Assembly (NCBI GenBank): GCA_028717565.1
Contig: JAQUNP010000001.1
Coordinates: forward strand, 229,996-293,995
From: Patescibacteria group bacterium
GTDB taxonomy: Bacteria; Patescibacteriota; Kazan-3B-28
DNA: 64,000 nt
Reading direction: 5' to 3'
Shown here: positions 33,384 to 42,011 of the stretch, piece after piece
Layout of the letters: every line of letters begins with the position of its first letter
Position numbering within the stretch: the first letter of the stretch is position 1
The notes under the pieces: model-generated
Databases searched by the model: none
Told to the model about the DNA's origin: nothing
The model's input: the letters and a program-made list of their open reading frames with translations, nothing else
Made by a program: the position numbers and the translations under genes

Positions 33384-33411
33384 TAAAAAAACTTACTTTT
33401 TATTTTGTAAG
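33384..33411 (-). terminator. terminator of rplY
   Basis: Minus strand CTTAC-aaaataaaaa-GTAAG followed by TTTTTTT. Confidence 0.6.
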
Positions 33412-33443
33412 TTAATTAAAAAAATAAAAACTTTTTTAAAAAG

Positions 33444-34148
33444 TTATTTGTCGTCAGCAGGTGTTTCCGTAGTTTTGGCTTCGCCTTCTGCAGCTTCTGC
33501 CCCCGCTTCACTCTCAACCTCAACACCCGCTACTGCTTCGGCCTCACTGACCACAGGCTCCTCTTCTTCTTCCCGCTTAGCATTGACCACTACAATAGAT
33601 TCCTCGGCATCGTCCAAAATTTCAACTCCGCCCGGAAGTTTCAAATCTTTGATCTGGATTGAATCATCTATGGCCTTAAGAGCGCTTAAGTCCACCTCAA
33701 TCGCATGAGGCAAGTCACGAGGCAAACATTCGATTTCTACTTTGTCCTTGTTGGTAATTAGCACACCTTCCAGCTCTTCAACAGCTGGCGACTCGCCAAC
33801 AAAGACCAACGGAATGTCGGTACGAAGTTTTTCGCCAAGTTTGATTTGATACAAATCAACATGAGTTACTTCATTGGTTCGCGGATCGTGTTGCAAATCT
33901 TTAAACAACACGATTCTATCTTCATTATCTAAATTCAAATTAACTAGTGAGCTTTCACCAGCTTGTCTGTAAATGTTATAGAATTCTTTGATATCAAAAA
34001 CTACGGGTTTGCTGTCCGTTTCTTTGCCATAAACCACCGCTGGCAACTGGCCAGCCCGACGCAGTGCGGATAGGCTCTCGGCGATGTCGCGAGGTTTAGC
34101 TGTAATAGAATATTTACCAATACCCATAACAAGAGCCATTCTATACAA
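33444..34148 (-). CDS. rplY: 50S ribosomal protein L25 / general stress protein Ctc, with acidic C-terminal tail
   Basis: ITAKPR...LRRAGQLPAVVYGK...; full Ctc-type length. Start ambiguous (TTG 34148, ATG 34139 or ATG 34127); a TATAGA box directly abuts ATG 34139. Confidence 0.85.
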   Translation of the reverse strand: MYRMALVMGIGKYSITAKPRDIAESLSALRRAGQLPAVVYGKETDSKPVVFDIKEFYNIYRQAGESSLVNLNLDNEDRIVLFKDLQHDPRTNEVTHVDLYQIKLGEKLRTDIPLVFVGESPAVEELEGVLITNKDKVEIECLPRDLPHAIEVDLSALKAIDDSIQIKDLKLPGGVEILDDAEESIVVVNAKREEEEEPVVSEAEAVAGVEVESEAGAEAAEGEAKTTETPADDK

Positions 34149-34211
34149 AAAAACCGCATCAAGTCAAAGGTTTTGTCTCAAAAGAGATGCGGTTTTTAGA
34201 GGGGGGAGTGG

Positions 34212-34685
34212 TTAGCTCATCAATTTTTCAAAATCGCCTCTGAAAGTGTCCAGATATTGATGGACATCCAGAACGTCGTCATAGGAAACAGGAGTGAGGG
34301 CCATTAGTACCTTCTCGGCCTTGATAGCTTCAACCGGAATGTCCTGGGGCTCGGTCTCGGGGCTATCGATGTCTATCGATCTTTGCTCAAAACCAACATT
34401 GCGCAGCTCTTCATCATAGGCCAGCTCCTCGCCAGCTGGGCTATCGGTAACTGCAATATCTTCAGCCGTGATATCGCTGGGGAACAGCTCGCCATTTTCA
34501 TTGGTGGTAGCCACACTAGCAAAAACTGGGGAGTGACACTGGCTACATTTCATATGCAAAAATGTCATACCATCGAGCTGACCCAGATAGCTGACATCAC
34601 CGAGCGAGTATTTTGCAGAACAATGCGGACATCTCATGACGTCCTGGAGGTTAGCGACTAAACGCTCAAACTGCTGATTGTTCAT
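34212..34685 (-). CDS. hypothetical zinc-ribbon protein with acidic C-terminal half
   Basis: 157 aa; CPHC...CSQC four-Cys ribbon. Confidence 0.55.
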   Translation of the reverse strand: MNNQQFERLVANLQDVMRCPHCSAKYSLGDVSYLGQLDGMTFLHMKCSQCHSPVFASVATTNENGELFPSDITAEDIAVTDSPAGEELAYDEELRNVGFEQRSIDIDSPETEPQDIPVEAIKAEKVLMALTPVSYDDVLDVHQYLDTFRGDFEKLMS

Positions 34686-34756
34686 AACGTTTGGTTTTAG
34701 TTTTTATTTTTGACCTTCCGAACTTTATCTAATCATACAACAAAATTAGCCGATTG

Positions 34757-35782
34757 TCAAGAGCGCCGTCTTTGACGCAACCAGCTTAAAATGCGGATTA
34801 GAATGACTACCCCAACCACCATGATAAGCAAAGCTACTAGTTTACTTGAACTGCTGGTCATGAGTGCTACCGTACCAAAGCCGGCGGTCAAGAGATAATA
34901 GATTGAAACCGTCTGACGTTGGCTCAACCCTGACGACAGGAAAAGATGGTGCAGATGGCCCAAGTCGGCCGACCAGGGGGCTTGGCCCTTTAAGATACGA
35001 CGGGCAGCCGACCAAATGACGTCTATAAGTGGTAAGCCCAGCACTAACACGGCGGTGGCCAACTTCCCGCCGCTGATAATAGCCAGGGTGGCTAACATAA
35101 AACCTAGCACATGGCTGCCGGAATCACCCATAAACAGCTTGGCTGGATGCCAGTTGTGAACCAAAAAACCTAAAGCCGCGCCACCAACAACTAGTGCCAA
35201 TATGGCGGTGTCGGGCTGGTTGATATAGGCATATAAACTTAGGATAGCAATGATGAGTGAACCGATGGCAGTCACTCCCGAGGCCAAACCATCCATGCCA
35301 TCCAACCAGTTGAGAGCATTTATGACAAAAACTATCCAAATGCCGGTAAGCAGTACATCGAGCCAGGGAGCCAGCAAGATGTTGCCACCAAAGGGATTGG
35401 TAAGATTGCTGATAGTAATCCCAAACATGATGACTAGACTAGCTGCGAGGGCTTGCCCTATAAACTTAGCCAGAGGTGGCAGCTGGTAGATGTCATCCAA
35501 AAGGCCGACAACAAAAACTACGATTAACCCTAAAATGACTCCATAAAGTTTTGGATCAAATCCAAAAGTGAACAACATCACCAGTAGTATGCTCACAAAT
35601 AAAACTATGCCGCCCACTCGTGGAGTAGGGGAAGTATGCAGCCGACGCGCAGACGGGAGATCAAACAACCCGATTCTTTTAGCCCAGTTAGCTACTATGG
35701 GCGCACCCAGCCAGCTAATCAAAAAAGCTGGTACTAAAGCTACCAACATTGAGGTCCATGGGAAAAATGCTAGATTACTCAT
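34757..35782 (-). CDS. glycosyltransferase family 4, WecA/TagO-like undecaprenyl-phosphate GlcNAc-1-phosphate transferase
   Basis: 341 aa polytopic; HTSPTPRVGG, DDIYQLPP, NWLDGMDGLA motifs. Confidence 0.85.
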   Translation of the reverse strand: MSNLAFFPWTSMLVALVPAFLISWLGAPIVANWAKRIGLFDLPSARRLHTSPTPRVGGIVLFVSILLVMLFTFGFDPKLYGVILGLIVVFVVGLLDDIYQLPPLAKFIGQALAASLVIMFGITISNLTNPFGGNILLAPWLDVLLTGIWIVFVINALNWLDGMDGLASGVTAIGSLIIAILSLYAYINQPDTAILALVVGGAALGFLVHNWHPAKLFMGDSGSHVLGFMLATLAIISGGKLATAVLVLGLPLIDVIWSAARRILKGQAPWSADLGHLHHLFLSSGLSQRQTVSIYYLLTAGFGTVALMTSSSSKLVALLIMVVGVVILIRILSWLRQRRRS

Positions 35783-36077
35783 GATGTAAGTTTAACAGTG
35801 AAGTTTGATTATCTTGGGGCGAGATCTTGTTTTTATGGATATGCCCACATTTTAAACACTGATGCACAATTTTGTCGGGTAGCCCACCTTTCAGTTGCAC
35901 TGATACCGGTTCCATCAAGCCGCCACAGAGATTAGCCCGATCACCCGGGACATTATCCACATGCTTACTAAAAAGACATTTGGGACAGTGGTTAGTATAA
36001 CCGTCACCTTGGACTGGTGTACCACAATTTTCACAAATGAAATCTTCGGGTTGTCTGATAAAATTTTTTCTTGGCAT
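35775..36077 (-). CDS. RNHCP domain protein
   Basis: MPRKNFIRQPEDFICENCG...GYTNHCPKCLFSKHVD. ATG 36077 lies 6 nt after TATAAT (36089-36084), so the transcript would be leaderless. The track's 16-codon extension is unsupported. Confidence 0.7.
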   Translation of the reverse strand: MPRKNFIRQPEDFICENCGTPVQGDGYTNHCPKCLFSKHVDNVPGDRANLCGGLMEPVSVQLKGGLPDKIVHQCLKCGHIHKNKISPQDNQTSLLNLHHE

Positions 36078-36143
36078 ATCTTTATTATAAAGAAAGCGCT
36101 GGCCCATGGGCGACCAACGCTTCAAGACGGAGCACTCCGGGTT

Positions 36144-36437
36144 TTAAGCTGGTGCACTGGTAGTAGGGATAGCCGAGACGTCGGCCGTGTCTTCAATGAC
36201 ACCCACCACGGTGACCATCTCTGCGCCATGATAGAGACGCTTGCACACATGGCAGTGCGGGCAACGTACTGGCATGGTGGGTGACCCTGGGGGCGGAGCC
36301 CCAGCACAGCTGAGTACGTCCACCAACTCGACGTGTAACCGCCGGCTGGTACCCTCCAAACACAGAGGGTGCACCGTGTCACCGACTTTGGGGTTAAGAC
36401 TCCTCGGGACCAAATGAGCGATCCTTGCCTTTTCCAT
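36144..36437 (-). CDS. hypothetical Cys/His-rich protein (97 aa), high-GC cassette C
   Basis: GGAGGG SD 8 nt before the ATG. CPHCHVC cluster. Own promoter. No family recognised. Confidence 0.45.
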   Translation of the reverse strand: MEKARIAHLVPRSLNPKVGDTVHPLCLEGTSRRLHVELVDVLSCAGAPPPGSPTMPVRCPHCHVCKRLYHGAEMVTVVGVIEDTADVSAIPTTSAPA

Positions 36438-36468
36438 ATTGTATTCCCTCCAGCAAAGAATTGGCTAA

Positions 36469-36497
36469 ATCTTAGCCCCTAGAGCCAACAAAGTCAA
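36469..36497 (-). promoter_or_regulatory. promoter of cassette C, overlapping the stop codon of the comEC MBL ORF
   Basis: TTGACT(36497-36492)-17 nt-TAAGAT(36474-36469). Confidence 0.5.
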
Positions 36498-37360
36498 TTG
36501 TCGGAAGACACGGCATACCGTGTTCCATCTGTCACAATTTCTACCGTACCGTCGGCTAATGTGGAATAAATATGTGAGCCGGCCTGTTGTAGCTTGGCCA
36601 ACGTTTCAGGGTGAGGGTGCCCAAAGCTATTCTTCCCGACTGTGAGGACAGCCGTTTCTGGCTGCACAACTTTCAAGAAAGCTTCGCTGGTCGAGTAGCG
36701 ACTGCCTTGATGCCCAACTTTTAGAACCTCTACATTGTGTAGCTGACTATGGGCTATTAGTTCTCGCTCTATGTCCGCACTGATATCAGCAACGAAAAGA
36801 GCGTTGAAGTCGCCACAGGTTAACTCTGAAACAATAGAGGTGTCATTGACATCGGTAAGTGTTTGGCTGAGATTGCCTCTATATAAAATGTCCAGCCGGC
36901 ATTCGTTAAAATCATATGTCATACCGGCTTTGGCCTCTACCAAATTAACCTGTTTCTGACTAATGACGCTATATAGCGTAGATATAGTGTGCGTATCGTA
37001 ATCAACCGGGTTGTGGAGAAACGCATCAACGTGATAGCGGTTTATGACTTCGATCAAACCGGTCACATGATCGGCATGTGGATGAGTTAAGACAACTAGA
37101 TCTAAGTTTCGTTTCCAAACCGGCAACCGGCTATCAATCTGAGCCACAACACTAGCGCTAGGGCCGCCGTCAATGAGGATGGCCTGCCGCTCGGGGGTAG
37201 TAATCAAGATGGAGTCGCCGTGACCTACATCTAAAAAATAAATGTGGGTGAGCCCATCATGTCGCGTTACGACGGCCCATACCCAAGTCAGATTGGCCAG
37301 CACCAATAGTATTGCTACCCATAATCTAGGCGTAAATTTGCCGAATACGTTTCTTCTCAC
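36494..37360 (-). CDS. comEC: ComEC C-terminal metallo-beta-lactamase domain protein (separate ORF)
   Basis: 288 aa; GTG start; one TM; FLDVGHGDS and THPHADH MBL motifs. Confidence 0.8.
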   Translation of the reverse strand: MRRNVFGKFTPRLWVAILLVLANLTWVWAVVTRHDGLTHIYFLDVGHGDSILITTPERQAILIDGGPSASVVAQIDSRLPVWKRNLDLVVLTHPHADHVTGLIEVINRYHVDAFLHNPVDYDTHTISTLYSVISQKQVNLVEAKAGMTYDFNECRLDILYRGNLSQTLTDVNDTSIVSELTCGDFNALFVADISADIERELIAHSQLHNVEVLKVGHQGSRYSTSEAFLKVVQPETAVLTVGKNSFGHPHPETLAKLQQAGSHIYSTLADGTVEIVTDGTRYAVSSDN

Positions 37361-38834
37361 ACAGCCACCAATAAATTATTAAAAGCCCAAGATAATAACC
37401 GATGGGCGCCCATACCGAAAGAGACGGAGTTTCTAGAAAAGCGAACGGTAGTGAGCCAAACCAGGTAATAATAAGAACCACCAGTTTGGCAGTGATGACT
37501 CCCAAAACATTAACGGCTGCCCAAGGAATAACTAATGTTATGACCAAGGAGATAAAACCTACTAACATCGTCCACGGGATAAGTGGTAGAACAACCAAGT
37601 TAGCTAAGAGCGCAATAACTGACACGCCGCCAAAATGAAAAGCTGCTAGGGGAAGCGTCATGGCTGTGGCAGCCAAGGTAGTAGCTATGACTTCGCTGAG
37701 AACCCTGGGGACTCGTCTAAGTTGAGGGGTGATGAGCGGAACCAATGTAATAATCCCAATCGTGGCAGCGAGCGATAGTTGGAAGCCAATATCGTATTGC
37801 AGAATATAGGGGTTAATCATCACCATTCCGGCGCCGGCCACCAAAACCGCATTAAGCCCATGGCGACGGCGCCCCCACCATAAAGTCAGAAGCATTATCC
37901 AGCCCATTATGGCCGCTCTGGTAACAGAGCTACTAGCCCCTGTCATTAGAACAAATAATAAAATACCGATCGCGGCTGCAACTAGCGCCCATTCGCGTCT
38001 GAGGGGACGTGCCAGGAATAAAAGAAATCCGGCAATAATAGTAATATTGAATCCAGACAAAGCAATAATGTGAGTTGTACCAGAATTTTTTAGATAATCT
38101 TTGAAGTCGTCAGGCAATTGAACTCTAAGGCCAAGCAGCAGTCCGTTCATTAGTCCTGCGCTGGGCTCTGGGAAAAGTGTGTTGATACGTTGGGAAATGA
38201 AGTCACGAAATTGATATAAGCCACCTAGTAGAGAGGTATGGGGCGCATCAACCAGCTCAACCTCTGATCTAGTTTGTCCGATAGCAACTATGCCGTCCTT
38301 CCTAAGATAGCGCAGATACGTAGAGTCGTCCGCTGTAAGCATTGTGACAGCTTGCACGACAGCACCGTACTCAAAAGTAGGGAAGGGGAAAGTTTGAATA
38401 AGAATTTTGTATGGTATGGCTACTGGTTTTGAATTGATGGTATCAATACGTAAATAAAAGGACTGTTCGCCATCCTGGGTGGCGGGGTGATTAATAATTT
38501 GCCCCGTGACATTGATAGAGGTACCCAGATACTGGACGGGGATACTAGATAGGACGCCGACTTCAAACCGTAACATACCCAAAACCACCCCAATCACAAT
38601 TACCAACCAAAATTTTACCCAGCTCAACCGAGCTAGCCAGATACCTGCGAGACAAAACCCCAGAATGACGAGAGCTAACCAGAGATTAAAAGTAAAGTAT
38701 GAGCCTAGAACTACTCCCAGAAGAATGCTTAGAGCGGCGGTGGCAAAGTATTGATACGGATAAACGTTATAAGTACTTGGCTTTATTGGCGTTGTGTTCA
38801 GAGAGAGTTTTGGCGTAGTAGGTGTTGCCGTCAT
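37326..38834 (-). CDS. comEC: ComEC/Rec2 DNA-uptake channel (DUF4131 plus competence domain)
   Basis: 502 aa polytopic. Overlaps the MBL ORF by 35 nt in a different frame, and overlaps the mltG 3' end by 68 nt (true start may be further downstream). Confidence 0.8.
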   Translation of the reverse strand: MTATPTTPKLSLNTTPIKPSTYNVYPYQYFATAALSILLGVVLGSYFTFNLWLALVILGFCLAGIWLARLSWVKFWLVIVIGVVLGMLRFEVGVLSSIPVQYLGTSINVTGQIINHPATQDGEQSFYLRIDTINSKPVAIPYKILIQTFPFPTFEYGAVVQAVTMLTADDSTYLRYLRKDGIVAIGQTRSEVELVDAPHTSLLGGLYQFRDFISQRINTLFPEPSAGLMNGLLLGLRVQLPDDFKDYLKNSGTTHIIALSGFNITIIAGFLLFLARPLRREWALVAAAIGILLFVLMTGASSSVTRAAIMGWIMLLTLWWGRRRHGLNAVLVAGAGMVMINPYILQYDIGFQLSLAATIGIITLVPLITPQLRRVPRVLSEVIATTLAATAMTLPLAAFHFGGVSVIALLANLVVLPLIPWTMLVGFISLVITLVIPWAAVNVLGVITAKLVVLIITWFGSLPFAFLETPSLSVWAPIGYYLGLLIIYWWLCEKKRIRQIYA

Positions 38835-39750
38835 CGTCGTGCAAATAATAAAGATAATCGGAATCGGTGGGGGAGAGCACGGCTTTAATCGCAGCTAGGC
38901 CTGGGTTGCAAATCGGGCCTGGTGGCAAACCAGCAAAACGCCGAGTATTGTATGGCGAGTTGATATTTAAATCGGATTGGGTAATAGGACCCTTCCAGTT
39001 ATTTGTGAGGTATCGGACCGTGGCGTCCACATCGAGTCGCATACCAATGTCGAGCCGGTTGATTAAAATCCCCGCTACCATTTTTCTAACCTCATCGGTA
39101 CGAGCTTCCTTTTCTACTAGAGAAGCTAGGGTAATAATTTCATGCAGAGAATATGAGCTACTTTCGATTTGGCTGGTCAAAGATTTGGTGCGGCTGCTGA
39201 AGTTGTTTAACATTTGTCGAGCCAGGACATCCGCCGCGGTACCTTTATTCATGTTGTAGGTATCGGGGAAGAGATATCCCTCCAAAGAATTATTTGCACG
39301 GCTTTTCAAAAAGTCATAATCTGGCGGAAAATTCTCGGCCGCAACAATAAAATCTTTGGCAGTAATCAAGCCCAACGCATCCATCCGCTCGGCAATTTGG
39401 TTAATGGTAAACCCTTCTGGAATAGTCAGACGGACAGTGGAAGTTTCACCCATGCGCATCAGTCGAGCAATCTGCCAAGCATCCATTCTGGGCGAAATAT
39501 TATAACTGCCATCCTTAATCGCTGTGACTCGGCTTAAACGAAAAGCTATTTTGGTACCAAAAACGGATTTTACTAATCCTTCAGTGTGTAAACCAGTAAT
39601 AATTTGAGTAATGGACTGGCCAGAGTCCACCACAAACAGCTTGGCCTCGCCACGATAGTTGGCAGGTGCAAGCCATAAAAGGTAAGCGCCGACAAAGATT
39701 ACTGCCAGCGCCCCCAAGACACTCAAGATAATGCCGTGATTTTTCTTCAA
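38767..39750 (-). CDS. mltG: endolytic murein transglycosylase MltG (YceG-like)
   Basis: 327 aa; N-terminal TM; LEGYLFPDTY and ASLVEKEA motifs. Confidence 0.9.
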   Translation of the reverse strand: MKKNHGIILSVLGALAVIFVGAYLLWLAPANYRGEAKLFVVDSGQSITQIITGLHTEGLVKSVFGTKIAFRLSRVTAIKDGSYNISPRMDAWQIARLMRMGETSTVRLTIPEGFTINQIAERMDALGLITAKDFIVAAENFPPDYDFLKSRANNSLEGYLFPDTYNMNKGTAADVLARQMLNNFSSRTKSLTSQIESSSYSLHEIITLASLVEKEARTDEVRKMVAGILINRLDIGMRLDVDATVRYLTNNWKGPITQSDLNINSPYNTRRFAGLPPGPICNPGLAAIKAVLSPTDSDYLYYLHDDDGNTYYAKTLSEHNANKAKYL

Positions 39751-39752
39751 GC

Positions 39753-39941
39753 CTAGTCCTTATCTTCTAAGAAGGCCTTCAGGCCTAATACAATCAAGAT
39801 GACTGGCCAGTACGCCAACCATTCATAGCTCAGGAAGCCGAGGTTGACAAGCAATAAAATCACACCAACCAAGACCAACAAGAGCTTTTCGGTGAAGTCG
39901 AAAGTGTTTTCAAAAAACCCTTCGTATTTTTTCTTCATCAC
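39753..39941 (-). CDS. hypothetical 2-TM small protein (LiaF/DUF5668-like TM hairpin)
   Basis: 62 aa, ORF track; tightly packed between ruvA and mltG. Confidence 0.5.
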   Translation of the reverse strand: MMKKKYEGFFENTFDFTEKLLLVLVGVILLLVNLGFLSYEWLAYWPVILIVLGLKAFLEDKD

Positions 39942-39963
39942 ATGCCCCCATGTGTTATTAATA

Positions 39964-40527
39964 TTATTTGCCCAGTAGTTTTAATGCGTGTTTAACTCGA
40001 TCTTCCGTGTCTGCCAGATCTCTGGGAATTTGCGGCAGAACTGCTTTGACTTCATATGTATTATATCCCAGAGCCGAAAGAGCTGTCAGTAATTCTTCGG
40101 TATCTTTAGATGCGTTACCAGAAAAGCCATCCAGCTTGTTTTTAAGATCAATAATAATACGCTCGGCGGTTTTGCGACCGATACCAGAAATCGTGGTAAA
40201 TAGAGCCACATTAGAGTCATTAATGGCACTTTTGAGATCGTCTACCTTACCAGCGTTGAGTATGCCTAAGGCACTCCGGGGGCCCACACCAGAAATGCCG
40301 ATTAAAGCTTTGAAAAATTCGACTGTAGGTTGGTCTTCGAAACCATACAGCGCCAACACATCCTCTCGAACAACTAGATGGGTTGATAAAGTTAGATCGT
40401 CACCAATTTGAGCTTTGGTTAAAAGATCGTGGGTGGCATAAACCTTATAGCCAACTCCGCCAGAAGTGCCAATCAGCACCCAGTCGCTACCTTTGTCCTG
40501 AACTTGTCCGGTAATACGTCCGATCAT
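39964..40527 (-). CDS. ruvA: Holliday junction DNA helicase subunit RuvA
   Basis: MIGRITGQV start; HhH motifs (GISGVGPRSAL, ISGIGRKTAERI). Confidence 0.92.
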   Translation of the reverse strand: MIGRITGQVQDKGSDWVLIGTSGGVGYKVYATHDLLTKAQIGDDLTLSTHLVVREDVLALYGFEDQPTVEFFKALIGISGVGPRSALGILNAGKVDDLKSAINDSNVALFTTISGIGRKTAERIIIDLKNKLDGFSGNASKDTEELLTALSALGYNTYEVKAVLPQIPRDLADTEDRVKHALKLLGK

Positions 40528-41018
40528 GATAGTTGTTCCTCAAGCCGCTTCGAATGCGCACAAGTAATAGCAATAGCTAGGGCATCGGCGGCGTCATCAG
40601 GACGGGGTATATCTTCCATCCTTAATATCATTTTAACCATTTTTTGGATTTGCTTCTTGTCGGCCTTGCCATAGCCAGTGAGGGCCTGCTTAACTTGCAG
40701 GGGAGTATAGCTAACAATCGCCACATGGTGATTGGTGGCAGTTTGTAGAATCACCCCGCGAGCGTGTGCTACCGAGATAGCCGAGGTAATATTTTTGAAA
40801 AAATACAGTTCCTCAACCGCAACGCGAGTCGGCTTGTGTTTTTTTAGGAGAGTGGCAAAGGCCTTAGCTATCGTATCCAGGCGAAGATGCAAATCGGTTT
40901 TGGCTGGCGTTTGGATAGTCCCATGGTCAATATAAAAGATTTGGTCGTCTTGGACCTCCACTACACCAAACCCGGTAGTAGCAGTACCGGGGTCAATGCC
41001 GATAATGATGTCTGTCAT
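40524..41018 (-). CDS. ruvC: crossover junction endodeoxyribonuclease RuvC
   Basis: IIGIDPGTATTGFGVV; 164 aa; overlaps ruvA by 4 nt. Confidence 0.92.
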   Translation of the reverse strand: MTDIIIGIDPGTATTGFGVVEVQDDQIFYIDHGTIQTPAKTDLHLRLDTIAKAFATLLKKHKPTRVAVEELYFFKNITSAISVAHARGVILQTATNHHVAIVSYTPLQVKQALTGYGKADKKQIQKMVKMILRMEDIPRPDDAADALAIAITCAHSKRLEEQLS

Positions 41019-41755
41019 GACAAATTATTTAGAATCTCGTCGTCTATATCAAAGTTGGCAAAAACTTCGGTGACATCTTCATGATCATCCAAGGCATCCA
41101 TTAAGTTCAGGATCTTCTTGGCCACTGCCGGATCGGATACTTTGACCATACTGGTTGGTACCATAGCCAGCTTGGCGTCCTTGGCCTCTAGGCCTTCGGT
41201 GGCGAGGGTCTGTTTGACTTTGTTCAAATCTTTGGGCTCAGTGTGGACTTCGAAACTATCGCCTAAATCTTCATAGCTGACTGCCCCGGCATCAATCAGT
41301 TTTAGTTCGGTCTCTTCATCTTTTTTGGGCACCACCAAAACTCCTCGGCTAACAAACTGCCAGGCCACTGACCCAGAACTACCGAGATTGCCGCCGGTTT
41401 TAGCAAAGATGTTTCTAAGCTCGGCTACTGTACGATTACGATTGTCGGTAAGGGCGTTGATCATAATCGCCACATTGCCTGGGCCCAAGCCCTCGTAAAC
41501 GACTTCCTCAATACTACTAGCATCTTTCCCCAGACCTGCACCCTTTTGAATGGCCTTTTCGATATTGATTGCCGGCATATTAGCGGCTTTGGCTTTTTGG
41601 ACTGCTAGTTTAAGCCGGAAGTTCATCTCTGGGTCAGCACCGCCCTTAGCCGCTACCTCAATAATCCGAGCGATTTTACTGAAAAGCGCACCACGCTTCG
41701 CATCGGTGGCGGCTTTTTTGTGCTTGATAGTAGACCATTTAGAATGCCCTGACAT
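41015..41755 (-). CDS. YebC/PmpR family DNA-binding transcriptional regulator
   Basis: Canonical N-terminus MSGHSKWSTIKHKKA at ATG 41755, 6 nt after TATACT (41767-41762). The 43-codon upstream extension in the track crosses a terminator-like hairpin. Confidence 0.9.
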   Translation of the reverse strand: MSGHSKWSTIKHKKAATDAKRGALFSKIARIIEVAAKGGADPEMNFRLKLAVQKAKAANMPAINIEKAIQKGAGLGKDASSIEEVVYEGLGPGNVAIMINALTDNRNRTVAELRNIFAKTGGNLGSSGSVAWQFVSRGVLVVPKKDEETELKLIDAGAVSYEDLGDSFEVHTEPKDLNKVKQTLATEGLEAKDAKLAMVPTSMVKVSDPAVAKKILNLMDALDDHEDVTEVFANFDIDDEILNNLS

Positions 41756-41787
41756 AAGCAGAGTATAACAAACTATAGTCCCAGAGC

Positions 41788-41829
41788 AAAAAAAGAGGGG
41801 TGGGATAATGCTCCTCCGAAGAGGTCCCC
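41788..41829 (-). terminator. UUCG-tetraloop hairpin plus T7 just upstream of the yebC promoter
   Basis: Minus strand GGGGACCTC-TTCG-GAGG...CCCACCCC followed by TCTTTTTTT. Confidence 0.5.
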
Positions 41830-41990
41830 ATCGCCCGAGAGCGACAGAGCAGGTCGCGCGGCTTTCAAACGCAACCTTAGACATTCACCACCCCCTGAGG
41901 AGGCAACGAGACATGGAAGTGCTCCATATCCCTTACCGACAATCTGGAACTCGTCGGCTTTGCTACGATATCATTAAAAAAGTCAAAGGG
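41830..41990 (-). other. high-GC structured transcript candidate (small RNA or micro-ORF cassette E)
   Basis: Hairpins CCGAC-...-GTCGG and TGGA-gcac-TCCA. 16-codon micro-ORF 41927-41877 (MEHFHVSLPPQGVVNV). Possible TTGACC/TTGACT -35 boxes near 41980-41995. 63% GC in my count of 41821-41880. Confidence 0.3.
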
Positions 41991-42011
41991 TCAATGTATA
42001 TAATGTAAAGC

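Noticed and set aside
35953-35961. Perfect DnaA-box 9-mer TTATCCACA
   Set aside because: It is a single copy inside the RNHCP coding sequence, with no cluster, no AT-rich unwinding element and no dnaA/dnaN nearby. It is not an origin.
41756-41884. 43-codon N-terminal extension of yebC (the 289-aa ORF in the track)
   Set aside because: The canonical YebC N-terminus MSGHSKW starts at 41755, right after a TATACT box. The extension runs through a hairpin plus T7 terminator and has foreign GC content. An open frame of 43 codons is not improbable by chance.
41788-41990. SRP (4.5S) RNA assignment for the GC-rich element
   Set aside because: It has a UUCG rather than GNRA tetraloop. I could not reproduce the symmetric-loop/helix-8 pairing around the AGCA motif. 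I left it as an unclassified RNA candidate.
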